Shown here: positions 11,393 to 23,700 of the stretch, in pieces | Position numbering within the stretch: position 1 is the first letter of the stretch | Layout: each line of letters starts with the position of its first letter | Source: Phaeosaccion multiseriatum | Lineage: Eukaryota > Protista > Ochrophyta, other classes | NCBI GenBank assembly: GCA_965112735.1 | Contig: OZ218952.1 | Coordinates: forward strand, 1,922,001-1,986,000 | Reading direction: 5' to 3' | DNA: 64,000 nt | Program-made: the position numbers and the translations under genes | Notes under the pieces: generated by a model | Seen by the model: the letters and a program-made list of their open reading frames with translations, nothing else | The model's database searches: none | What the model was told of the DNA's origin: nothing

Positions 11393-14010
11393 ATGCTCCT
11401 CCCTTTGTATTCTCACAGCGGCTTACCGACAGGCAGCAGAGGGTGGCTCAAAGCAGAGGTGGGACATGGGCTGACAGCTGAAACTGAAACTGCACTTTCT
11501 TCCAGCCGCATCAAGTTCGCATCGCATCGGCATTGCCCCCCTCCTTTTGGCTTGGGATAGAGAAGTATTGCTCACCGCTTCCTCTGCAATATTCAAAAAT
11601 CGCACAGCTGTACCAGCAGCAGCAACAAGAAGAGGGGAGCGAAAAGGAGAAAGAGGAGCGAGGGATGCCTTGGGAACGCCTGAATGGCGAAGAGCTTCAC
11701 TTCGTGGCGTGTACGGGCTTGGATCCACTGTACGACGTCCTGGCCCCCGATACCCGGGTACGCTTCACGGTATTGTTTCGTCACAGGACCGAGGTTGGCC
11801 TGTAGTTACTCATCACCCTCTCCTCTTCCCATGCTGATATTCCGCATTGATTGCAGTTTGTAGCCCGCGCTTTTCTGGAGCTATTGGAGCGGGTGAAGAC
11901 TCGGGCCCACCAGCGGGGAACGGACGAGTACCTCGCGACCGCGCGCACATTCGAACACTTCGAAGGGCGAGGGCGGGTACGTTGTCTTGTCTTGCACAGT
12001 GCAGAGCTCACGCGCGACGCTCGTGAGGACTTAGAGGCTTTTGCCACGATTCCCTGGACTCATCTTTCACACACACATGGTGATCCTTTCCTTGCGAGAG
12101 CTCCCTCTTTCGTGTTATCGTTCTTACTCTCTCTCTCTCTCCCTGCTGTCTCTCTCCCGCTCTTTCTCCAGGGAGATGTGGCCGTGGGTACCTTTGCCAC
12201 AAAGCTGAACGCCTTGAGCATCACATGGGGAGGCTTCGGAGCAGACGAATGTCTGAGTCTCGCCAAACACATTGACAAAGACGGGGATGGTGAGACGGAG
12301 AGAAAGGCTGAGCGAAAGAGAGGGAGAGAGGGAGAGAGAGACATCTGTGCTTTACCCCTTCCCATTCGTGATGCGAGAGCGATACCCCTCCCGAGAGGGA
12401 ACGACCTTGGTGTCGCTGGCTTGTTTCATGTGCCCCCCGTCTCGGTGATGAATGACTCTCCTAACTCTCCTTCGCTCCCTCCCTCCCTTCCTCCCTCCCT
12501 CTCTCTCTCTCTCTTGCTCCTACTCTTATCTCCTCCTCTTCTCTCTCTTACGCTCTCGTACTCTCTCACTCTCTCACCCACTCTCCCACTCTCCCACGCT
12601 CTCTCTCTCCCCCCTCCTCCAGGCTGGGTGACTTTTCAAGACTTCCTATCCATGATGGAGGACAATGGGCATGACCTCAGTGTGGTCAGCTCTGCCACCG
12701 CCTCGGAGCTTGATGACGAACGCCGAGTAAAGAGTCTGAATGTGCGTTTCAGAGACTGTTGGAAGCATCTCGTATGGGGAATGGAACTTCCAGTCTTGCT
12801 TACCAGCGCCGTGAACATACTCTTACATACTCTTACGTGGCATACCGGATAGAGAGGAGAGCGTCTTGTCTCTACTTTCGCAATGTGCATCGCTAACCCC
12901 CTCCCTCCCGAATGAATATTCCGTCATTCATTCTTTCGTTCCATCATTCCATCATTCATCCATGGATTCCTTCCTTCACGGCATCCCGTCTTCTTCCTCG
13001 ACTCTCAGTTGGAGCCCATCGATGGCATCCCTCAGATTGGGCAGATCGCGGCCATTGTCAAGGTGAGTGGCTGTAGAGCCCTCGAGGGTGGGGGGCAAAA
13101 CACACCCGAGGGGGTCACCCCAGAAGCTGAGATCTCTCGCTCTTCTCTCCTCCCTCCCTTTCTCTCTCCAGTTCTCTCGCTCCTTCCGCTCAATCTATCA
13201 CACAAACCTCACTAATCACAGTTGGCGTGTACCGTACGCGCAGGTGCGTCAGGTTGTGAACGATGCCCGCTCGGCCGGCCTGGACTTCTTCCCTCTGCTG
13301 CAGGAGGAAATCGACCACGACGGAGGGCACTTTAGCGAACACACCCTCGGCAGGGCTCTGTCTCAGATAGGAGTTGCGGTAGAGAGGCCCTTCGAAGAGG
13401 GGGAGGAGGAGGAGGAGGACGAGGAGGACGAGGGAGAAGAGGGAGTCGGGGGTGAGGAAGGAGCGTTGTTTTCCTCCTCTCCTCCTCCGACAGACGGGGG
13501 AGGAGCCACGGCCACAAACGACGTACCTCCTCCTCCCCCTCCTCCTCGAGTGCCAGGCACGAGCCCTGTGCGAGGACCGCCTTGGAGGGTGACGGTTGCG
13601 CAAGAGGCCTTTGGACTCACCGCCACCGACCGAATCTCCTCCTCCTCCTCCTCCTCCTCCTCCACACATCCTCATGGACTCGCAACAAGCGCTCTACTGC
13701 TGCGGCGGCCTCTGCCGCGGGAGGCACCCCTGCGCCACACCCCCAAAGTCGCCCCGGGCCTGCTGGAGGAGAGGGCCATGCTCTGCCGCCTCATGGCGTC
13801 GGCCGGTGCTCGCGCGGCCAGTGGCTCGCAGACCAACACCAGTAGCACCCACGCCAGCAACAGCACCGGCACCAGCAAAACCTGCTCGAAGGAGAAGGGC
13901 ATGTGGGCGGCCACTGCTTCCGTGTCCTCCCGGCCGACTTGGTCCCTCATCCTGCAGCACAACACGGCTCGGAGGCTGAGAGCGCAGAGCCAGGCGCGGA
14001 AGGACAGACA

Positions 14011-14054
<44 letters not shown>

Positions 14055-15637
14055 AGCAGCAGCAGCAGCAACAGCAGAGGGAGGAGGAGTGTCTTGTGCG
14101 GCCGTCCAGGATTATCGCTCGCGGTGAGGGTGAGAGGGACTGGTGCGAACAAGATCGACACTTTGCCTGGAGGGGAGAGAGCGTGGGGGGGGTATGTGCA
14201 AGTGCATGTCATCCACCAGCTGCTGCTGCTGTATCTCCAACTGCTGTGCACGCAGCGCCCACTGCCGCTTGTAGTCCGGCGGAGAGTCCGTCGTCCTCGG
14301 CATTCGGCGCCCAGCATGGAAAGGAGGCAGGCGCATCTCATAGCAGTACGGCTTTGCCATCTGAGGCGGAGGAGGAACAGCAGAGCGAGGAAGACACTTG
14401 CTGCGATCTGGTCCTGAAGGATGAGCAGGGAGAGGAGGAGGAGGAGGAGGAAGAGGAGAAGGAAGAGGAGGAGGAGAGGGAGGAGAATGACGAGAATGAG
14501 GAGGAGGGGGGGAGGGGCCAAAAGGGAGAGAGCATGGCGGTTTATGACGAGGAGGAAGAGGAGGGGGATGAAGTGAATCTCGAAGTCTATGGAGGCGGCG
14601 AGAAAGAAGCCGACCAACGCAATATTGTGGAGAGGGCTGAGGGAGGAGAGGTGCAAGAGGATGGGGGGGGGGAGCTGGGCGGCAAGGCGGCAGAGGTGAG
14701 CGAGGACGGTGACAAAATGGGGATGGATGAGGCACCACAGGCTGAATCTGTAGAAGAAGAGCAATGGCAATGGAACGTAGCACAGCAGCAGGAGGAGGAG
14801 GAGGAGGAGGAGAAGGAGGAGATGTTGATAAAGGCGGAGGAGGTGGTGGTGATGGAGAGGGGAAATGACGAGGAGGAGGAACAGGAGGAGGAGAAGCCGG
14901 AGGAGGAGGAGGAGGAGGAGGAGGAGGAGGAGGAGGGGGCGCTGCTCGAGGCGGAGGAGGTGGTGGTGATGAAGGGGGTGGACGAGGAGGAGGAGGAGGA
15001 GGTGGTGGTGGTGGAGGAGGAGGAGGAGGAGGAGGAGGAGGAGGAGGAGGAGGAGGAGGAGGAGGAGGAGGAGGTGGTGGAGGAGGAGCAGGAGCAGGAG
15101 CAGGAGGAGGAAGAGGAGGAGGAGGAGGAGGAGGAGGAGGAGGAGGAGGAGGAGGAGGAGGAGGAGGAGGTGGTGGTGGTGGTGGAGGAGGAGGAGCAGG
15201 AGGAGGAGGAGGAGGAGGAGGAGGAGATAGTGTTGATGGAGGCGAAGGAGGTGGCGATGATGGAGGAGAAGGAGATGGAGAGTGGCGACGAGGAGGAGGG
15301 GAAAGAGGAGGAGGAAGTGCAGGAGCAGCAGCAGCAGCAGGAGGAGGAGGAGGAGGAGCAGAAGGAAGTACATGAGGAGGAAGAGAAAGAGGAGCAAGTA
15401 CAGAAAGGTGTGCACAGCGGCATAAGCTTTGCGGATGCCGCGCTGAAGTCGCCATCATCGTCGGAGGCAACGTCGATCCCTTCTGCCACTACAACTACTG
15501 TTGGTGGTGGCGGCGGTGGTGATAGTGATGTTGGTGGTGACTACGAGGACGACTTTGATCCCGTTCCTTCAACTCCCAGCGAGGCCGACAATGGCGAAGG
15601 TTCCTACGATGAGGAGGAGTGGCAAGGCTCAAATTGA
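11393..15637 (+). CDS. EF-hand protein with long acidic (poly-Glu) and poly-Gln C-terminal region
   Basis: Spliced exons from ATG 11393. The canonical EF-hand loop DKDGDG|WVTFQDF is reconstituted across intron 12290-12622. The terminal exon is within ORF 13067..15637 with (CAG)n and (GAG)n tracts. Confidence 0.72.
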
Positions 15638-16546
15638 CATGCTCTTGGAGGCTTGAGAGAGAGGATATAGAGCCTTGCCCTACGGTAATTGATTGATGGA
15701 TTGACTTGTTTTCGAATGAGAAGTCACTTGATGGTAGTGTTGCACCCCCCCAAAAGAGGAGAAGGCTCGACTTGGAATGTCGAGCCCCACTTTCCTTGAC
15801 TTTAGGAGCGGCCGAGCCAGCGAGGGACAGGTGGCTACTGAGAGCTGTTCCGGGAAGGGTCGTCACTGCCCTTGGCTCGGAGGCTAAGAACGGTGCCTCG
15901 GGTTTCCGATTTGGCATGAACGAGTGGGGCCTACTCCACAGTGGGCGGATGGGTGATGGAAATCTCACCGTCTCACCTGCTGTCCACCGGCTGGACTCAC
16001 CAAGGTGACCAAGGACCCTGCTCAGGAAGTTAGGTGCCTTTACCGGGCTGAACTTCATACGAGAGTTGGAGAAGCGAGTGGGAGATCGACGGCCTGGCGG
16101 GACAACTACCGCACAGAGCTTCTGTGAGCGGACACGCATAGCAAATTCTGCTACAGAAGCACGCTGCAAGCATAACTCGACCTGTACACCCAAACTGAGG
16201 CTTCACAACCCGACTTCGATCATCCAGAACATAAGTTAATGAAAGAACAGGAGTGAGAATTGGAGCCCCAACTGCCGAAGAGCGAGCGACGAGCGATGCG
16301 TTATAATTACCTTGTGGAAATTTGCATTTGTGTAGAGTGGGAACATAAAAGGGATGGCGCTAAATATCTGGGGAGGGGAACCAGGCGAAGCTCCTGGCCA
16401 GGCTGCTCATCGATGCTCACAACACATCTCCACTCGACAAAACGACAAAACCAAAGATCAGATCCGGATCACCAACTCACTCACACCACGACCGGCGACG
16501 ACTTTACAAAGTCATTTGCATTTGTAACAAGAAAGAAAGGAGGCCG

Positions 16547-17751
16547 ATGGCAGATGCTCAAGCGGGGACCCTCTTCGTCGCTGTTGGTAAGGCCAGGTCC
16601 TATGTGCGAACCTCTTTTTCTCCTCTCTGCCCTGCCCCTCTCCTCATTCAGCTATGAAATGACTTGTGAGGTGTGGGATGCTTTGCTGACTTTGTCTCTT
16701 TCTCCCACGAATCCTCCCCCCCTTCCTTTCCAACACAGGATCTGAGAGCAGGCCCAAAGTCCAGTGCGTAGAGCAGGCCTTTTCCCAAGCACTTGGGAGG
16801 GAAATGGAAGTCAAGGGCTTCAATGTGTGCTCGAAGGTGCCTGATCAACCCATAGGAGACGACGAAACAAGGAGAGGGGCCATCAACAGAGCGTCGGCCG
16901 CCATGGACCAATGTTGGAAAGAAACGGGGGGAAGAGCGGACTATGCTGTGGGAATGGTAAGAGCTCGCCGACCCCACTGGGCTGCAACAAGCTCTCGAGA
17001 TGAAGGAGGATTGAAAGGGGGTGGCGCATCCTTCCCTAGATCCCTATCCCGGATAGATGGCTACCTTCCTTCGTCTTCATCCCCACTCATGGACTTTTCC
17101 CTCTGCATCGGCTGTTTTGCTCGTTACGTATTCTCAGGAAGGGGGGGTGCATTTCGTCTCACTGCTTGGAGAGGAGGAGGAGCAGCAGCAGCAGCCGCAG
17201 CACATGTTCTGCTTCGCTTGGATGGCTGTGCTCAATGCGGAAGGGGAATGGGCTTTCGCTAGAACAGGTAGGGGCGCCTATCTATGCGCTTTCCCCTGGA
17301 CTCCCCTCTTGCCATCCACCGCCTCCCTTGAGCGAGTCTACGCACCTCGCCGCCAAGCACCGGCTTCCTGCTGCTGCTCACGTTTCCATCTGCAGCTCAG
17401 CTCACATGAGACGAAGTAGCACACGCGCTAAACGGAGTGCGGTTGCTTTGCGTCTGCCTGCCCGCCCCTGCTTGCCCCCCCCCCGTGGGCATACATCGAA
17501 CCCCTGTGTTGGCCACAGGAAGCTTCTGTGTGCACCCTCGAGTGGCCAGGCTCGTGACGGAAGAAGGGCTGGAGCTCGGCCTTGCATGTGACAGAGTCTA
17601 CAACAGTGAGCAGGGCAAAGGCAGCGGGGGGCTGGTGGGCATCATGACCTGTGGGCAGGTGTCCCGAGTCGACTTTTACTCCCACGCCCTCCTGCTGGCT
17701 CTGACGCGCTGGACTGCACCGCAGAGAGACGAAACCCCGACAGCGTCGTGA
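16547..17751 (+). CDS. yjjX: Inosine/xanthosine triphosphatase, YjjX/DUF84 (NTPase_I-T) family, 4 exons
   Basis: Exons 16547-16586, 16739-16956, 17138-17267, 17519-17751 give VAVGSESRPK..SKVPDQPIGDDETRRGAINRA..AVGMEGG..FAWMAV..TGSFCVHPRV..GLELGLACD..GGLVGIMTCGQVSRVDFYSHALLLAL, the YjjX motif series. Confidence 0.93.
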
Positions 17752-19079
17752 GGTGCAGTGCAAGACTGCCGTCACGTCCGCGCCTTTGATTGCCATCCCG
17801 GGATGCCCATGACTCGAATGCCGTGGAAGCATTCATGCCAGTCAGCTGATGAGGGGCAGGGCCAAAGGGAGAGAAAAGGCCTGGCTCAGAAGAGAGAGAG
17901 GGTGCAGGAGCCGAGCCGGAGTGTCCGATGGCAGCCCATGGTCGTCATGATCGCTTTGCTCTGCCAGGCACAATGCTGCAGCCTGCCAGAGGGAGCAGGG
18001 GGTTGCCTCTTGCGTGGGCCTTTTGGACTCAGGCATTCTGCGGAGAGGTACCACGTGCGGCAGGCGCAGTGACAGCACTCCTCTGCCTTGATCAGCGGTG
18101 TGCTTCTTCGATTTCCACACACAGGGAGGTAGGAAAGTGGGTGTGGGCGACTCATGACGGAGGCGAAAGAAGAAGCCCTCTGGAGAATGCGAGGCAGCAG
18201 GTAGAGGGAGGGGTCGGACTCTTGTGCTACTGCCAGCATACACGCTCGCACGCGCAGCACGAGGAGCGGCAGGCATCAGACCGCTGCCGTCCTCCTTCGG
18301 AGTGTACAACCTCCCGCCCTGCTCGGAGTCGTTGAGTCCTGCCTGCTGCTCTGAGCTGGAATCGGACAACGCGGAGGGCTGAGGATAGGAAGACGAAAGA
18401 GAGAGGACCCTTCGTTCTGTTTCCTCCCCTACCACGCGACCACGCGACCACGCGATCCACACGAAAGTCGTAGGAGAGAGACAGTGTGTTGGGGACATAC
18501 GCACACAGAGAGAGGGGGGTTTAGAAAGAGAGAGGAGGAGAGAGAGAGAGAGAGAGAGAGACGAGTGACAGTCTTGAGAGGAGGGAGAGAGAGAGACGAA
18601 GAGGGAGAGGGGGGGTGTGGTGGAGAATCTGTAGTCTCCATTGGTTTTGTTAGAATGGATACCTCTTTGGGCTAAAAGCCAAAGTTACAGAGGCAACGCA
18701 GGAGGCAGCCTTTAAGGAAATGTCACCTCCTCTCATCAACATCTTGTCCACATTACCCTATCCCCCTTCAAGCGCTAACCCGTGGAAATTACTTGACCCT
18801 GCCACTCCCCTGACGTATCAAAGTGTGATTGAGTAGACAGCCTTCGCCACCAAACGCCAAGCCATCAATTATTCACCCACCGCTGTGGGTGGTCCCATTG
18901 TCACACATTCACAACACTCACGCGCGCGGGGGGGGGGGGGGCTCCCGAAGCAGTGAACTTCACTGCCGACCCATGAGAGGGGAGGAGAGGAAAGGAGACA
19001 GTCAAAAGTCGCAGCAAAGCGCCGTCTCTGCGGGCGCTGCAGAGGACTTTGCTCTCTCGTGCCAGTCGGGCAATGCCAA

Positions 19080-20291
19080 TCAGCTAATTCGAGTCAACCA
19101 GTGCGAGTCAGCCAGTCCACGCCGGCTGGCTCGACCCCGCTCCACCCCTCCCTTCTCCTCGAGCCGTCGTTGTCGCAGTGTCCCCGAGGGGTTGGTGCAG
19201 GGGAAAGACGACGAGGAGCTCGGACGCCACGCCGCTCGCTCATCGGTGAAAGGCACCTCTCCCCTTTCCCTCCTTCCGCCTCCGTCTCCTTCCCCTTCCC
19301 TTGGTGCGGAGTGGAGCCGGCGAAGCCGTGCCAATAGACGCTGCTGGAACTTCATCCAGTGTGAGCGCGGAAGCGGCTCAGGTCGGTCGCTCGACTCTAG
19401 CCACAGCCTCTGCAGCGGAGAGGGAAAAGAAAGCCGATGCTTGCCGCTCGGAATGGGAGACGCAGTCGTCCTCTGTCATCTGTTCCTGATGCAAGGATGA
19501 TTCCAAATATGAATCAAAAGCCACTTGTCCAATCATGCCCGTCCTCGGCGCACTCCCGACTGATCGATGACGCGGGCAATGGTAAGAAGCGCCTCAATGG
19601 CCTTCTCTGCCACTATAAAGCCATGCTCGTCCTCAGTGGGAAACGCTGCCTACCGCCGAGATGAGTGGGGAAGGAGAAGAGAAGGTAAGTACTTGGTCAA
19701 CTAGAGTAAAAGTCTGTGCGCTCCCACGAGTCTTTCCACGCTCTTACCCTGAGTGCAGACAGCTGCAGGCTGCCCTTGCCCAAGCTCTCGACCGAGAGAG
19801 GAGCGCCTCCTGTCTTGCCAGCAGCAAGGCTGCGCTGATCAGCGGACAGAGCCCCTTCTTGTGGCACAAGCTCCGCAACCCTCTCCACGATGTGCTTCAA
19901 CTGCTCATTCCGATCCCTCTCCTCTTGCAGCGCCCGGCCAAGCCGATCGCACATGCCAACGAGCTTCGCTCTCTCCCGACCGACCTCCTCTGCCGCCACT
20001 GCGAGGGCGTCTCTAGACACTTCGTCCACGAGCTCCCGCGCCTTCGTGCTTCCCTCAAAGACCGCCAGTTTCAGCATGGCGACTGTATTCTGTGTGTGGG
20101 GGAGGGCGATGAATGTAGTAATGGAGGGGGGTGTAAGGCTCCTCCTCCCCTTCCTCTTGCCTCCTCTCCTTACCCCCTACCTTATCTTGCTCTCGTTCTT
20201 CTTGGAGCTGCTGCAGTTTCCTCTGCTGAATCAGCACAGTTTTCTCGAGAAGGCTGCGGCCGCTCTCGAGTCCCCCGTCCATCATCGCCAT
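19080..20291 (-). CDS. Hypothetical coiled-coil protein (both ends uncertain; may extend to about 17.8 kb)
   Basis: ORF segments SLLEKTVLIQQRKLQQLQEEREQDK and RLGRALQEERDRNEQLKHIVERV are bounded by GT/AG sites. No family recognised. Confidence 0.45.
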
Positions 20292-20728
20292 CGTGTGTGT
20301 ACGAGGTGCACGATGGGGTCGGCTGTCTCGCCCAGGAGCTACTTCACGACCTTGCCTTTATCTGTGCTCTTGCCTTTATCTGTGCTCTGGCCACGCTATC
20401 CCTGATGGCATAGTCAAAAAACGGAGCTAGACCTTGGTGAGGATCCCGCTGCTGAAATTGAAAACTGTCGGCGGCAATTCGCGTTAACGACGTCGTTGCC
20501 AACACACGCTCTCACACACACACAAGAAGGAGCACGTGAAGAGTAGAAGCAGAAGCAGCAACCGCAGCAGAGAGAGGAAGGAGGCGATCATTGGTGATTA
20601 GAGGCACGGGCTAGGGAAAGGGAGCAATATCAGAGGGAGGACCAGAAAAATGCCCCGCCGAAAGCACCTGAGGGGCATTTGAGGAAGGGGAGAGAGAGAG
20701 AGGGGAAGGTGGAGGAGAAGGGGCGAAT

Positions 20729-23700
20729 ATGCAGCAGTGGCAAGACGACGAAGGTGGTGACAAGACGGCCTTGCAAGCAGGAGATCATCTGCGCTACTCC
20801 ACCCTTGAGGAGAGGGCGCAGTTTGAGGGCTTTCAAGGCCGGCTCACACCAGAGCAAGAGGAATGCGTGGCGGCCTTGTTCGATGCCCTGAGTGCTGAGA
20901 GGCCCAAACTAGACGTGCGTCTCGTGCTCGGAGGGGGCGGGGGGCTGAGAAGACGGAGGGGACGGAGCTCGGCGCCAGCAGACACACCAGCAGCAGCAGT
21001 AGCAGCAGCAGCAGCTACAACTGGCGAAGAGGATGGTAGCCCCTCGCAGGCGCCGTCTGAGCCTCTCCGATTGTGCCTCATGCGCTACTTGAGAGGCAAC
21101 GGCTGGGACGTAGACAAGGCCCTCGCCCACATGAGGGAGTGCGCAGAGTGGAGGGAGCAGCAGGGCGTGCAGCACCTGCACCAGTCCACTCCGAGGGAGA
21201 TCCTGGACTGCAATCCGGGCCCAGGTGGGTGCTTGGGTAGTTTCCTGTTTTTATTCTCTCTCTCCTATCTATCTATCTATCTATCTTATCTCTTTCTTTC
21301 TCTCTCTCTCTTTTTGGATGACGGAGTGGGTGTGTTTGCGAGGCGGGGGGGGCATTGGGGGATGGAAGGGTCTTGCGTTATTTTGCAGCGAATGCAGTAG
21401 ACCCCAACCGCTTGGTGCTTTGAAGTGATATAAGACAATGGTCCTCACAACTCAGTTTTGTCCTGACACACATCGTCACCCGTCTCACCACCACCAACAA
21501 CAACCACAGTCAACGCCAACTTCCCCCACTGGTGCTTTGGACTGGACCGCGTTGGCCGTCCAGTGGTGCTCAAAAAGTACTCGGACTTCAAGACGTGGGA
21601 GATCAAAAAGTTCACCTCTCTGGACCGCCTGGTGCGCCTCCACCTGTGGGAGCAGGACAATATCTGCGCCGCCATGTGCGAGGCCTCGGAGGACAAGGGA
21701 CACATCGTGGACTCCATGGTGGTCATCATCGATGGTCCGTTTCATCTGTCTCTCTCTCCCTCAGTCTGTCTGTTTGTCTCTATCCTGTTGTCTCTAGCTC
21801 CATCTCTTCTCTCTCTCTATCTCTTCCTCTTCCTCTCTCTTTCACTATCACTTACCCACTCCCTCTCCTCTCTCTCACACACACACACTCATATGCCCTC
21901 ACTCTCACTCTGACTCTCTCAGTCAAGAACATGAGGGTCACGCAAGTCACCAAAGACTTCATTGGCTTGATGAAGCAGGTACGTGTGTGTTTCTGTGTGT
22001 GTGTGTGTGTGTGTGTGTGCCGGTTTTGCGTGTGATGGACTGACTGGCGAAGGTCCAAGTCGGCAGTGGAGATGCAGCTGCAGAAGAGGGACGAGAAGAA
22101 GAGGGCTTGTATCTCTCACTGCAACAGCACTACAACAGCATTACAACAGTACTACAGCAATTACCTCTCTCTCTTGCGAACCACATGCCGCCCCTCTCTT
22201 TTCCAACACCTTTCCTCTCTCCCTCCTCCTCTCCCATGTTGTTTTTCTTCACCACCACCAACCCTCACCGTCCAACAAACACACAATACACACACGACAC
22301 CAAATTCAAACATCCCCCCAACCACGCAACAACCCCACACGTGAAACAGGTGGCCTACATTGACCAGCGGCTCTTCCCTGAGCGACTCGGCAGCATGTTC
22401 ATCATCAACACGCCCTCCACCTTCAGTTACGTATGGGCCATGTTCACGCCCTTCCTCGACCCACGCACTGTGGCCAAGATCAAGATACACGCCAAGCCGA
22501 GCGCGTGGATGCCGGCCTTGAGGGCAGAGATGGACGAGTCTATCATCCCTGTTGAGTACGGAGGGACGGCCGGCTCCCTTGCGGACCTACCATACCTTCC
22601 CTCGCACTTTTGCGAGGACGAGGAGGATAAGGCTGCTGCTGCGGCTGCTTCTGCTGCAGCGGCGGCGGCGGCAGCAGCGGCAGCGGAAGGAGGAGGAGGG
22701 GTTGGGGTGGGGGAGGACGAGGAGGAAGGGAAGGAGGGGGAGGAGAGACTCTTCGAGCGAGGGAGAGACGCATCTTCCTCGGCAGGGGGCATGGAGGGGG
22801 GGGGGCGGCTTTTGCGGCGAAAGTCTTCCTTGTTTGGCCTCACGTCCCCACAGAAGAGTAACGGCAAGCGGCGGGAAGAGGACCAAGAGGTGGGCTGGAT
22901 GTCTACTCTGGGCACTGCCGTGACGTGGCCCCTGACCGGGCTCAGGGGATTGGGCACGTGGATGAGCGGCACTGGCACTGGCACTGGATCCTCTGTGGGA
23001 GAGGACGAGCGAGTCAGTGCTGCTGCTGCTGCTGATGATGACTATGACGACACGAGCAGCATCAACTCGGAGGAGTTCTTCGACGCGGTGGTGGGTATTG
23101 AGAGTGGAGACTTTGACCTGCCCCTCTACAAGCGACACCTCAGCGGCCGGAGGGTCCGTGGGAGCATCAGCGGTCGAACAGCCTCGAAGGAAGATGGTGG
23201 TGATGGTACGGCATCAGGCAGCAGCCGGAGTGATATGCCGTGCATGCGCTTCCTGTCCAAATCCCTGCAGTGGCGCTGCGTGTCCTACCTGTTGTCGGGC
23301 AGGGACCTCTCCAACCTGCTCAGCCTCAACAGAAGGGCCAACACCCTCTTCATGTTCTTGGCCTCCCTCGCCATCACCTTCGGCTCCTTCCTCATTGCCG
23401 ACGTGTACTGGGTCACTCACGTGGTGGTGTGGTTCATGTGGTGTGCGGCGCTCGTGGTGTGTCTGGCCTCCCTCCTCCTCCTGCTGGGCTTGTTCGGTCT
23501 CATGGCGACTCGCTACCGCAACCGAGTGAGCCTCGGCATGCATGCCATCTTCCTGGCGTGTGCGGCGGTGGTGCTGGTCGTGTGTGCAGGCGTCGCCTTT
23601 GCCTTTGCCGCGGGGGATGCCACCGTGGCGGGCATTTCATGGGAGGCCGTGCAGCAAGACCTGCCTGACGGCACTTCGGAGGAAGGTGAGGAGACACGGA

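Noticed and set aside
13694-15489. Long minus-strand poly-Leu, poly-Pro and poly-Ser ORFs (573, 452 and 300 aa)
   Set aside because: Antisense shadows of the (GAG)n coding tract.
15495-16193. 232-aa minus-strand ORF between the EF-hand gene and yjjX
   Set aside because: No recognisable motif, a non-ATG start, and it overlaps the end of the upstream gene; left uncalled.
17842-18830. Possible kinesin-like fragments (YDFRVDRV) downstream of the coiled-coil gene
   Set aside because: No P-loop or switch motifs, and I could not build phase-consistent exons.
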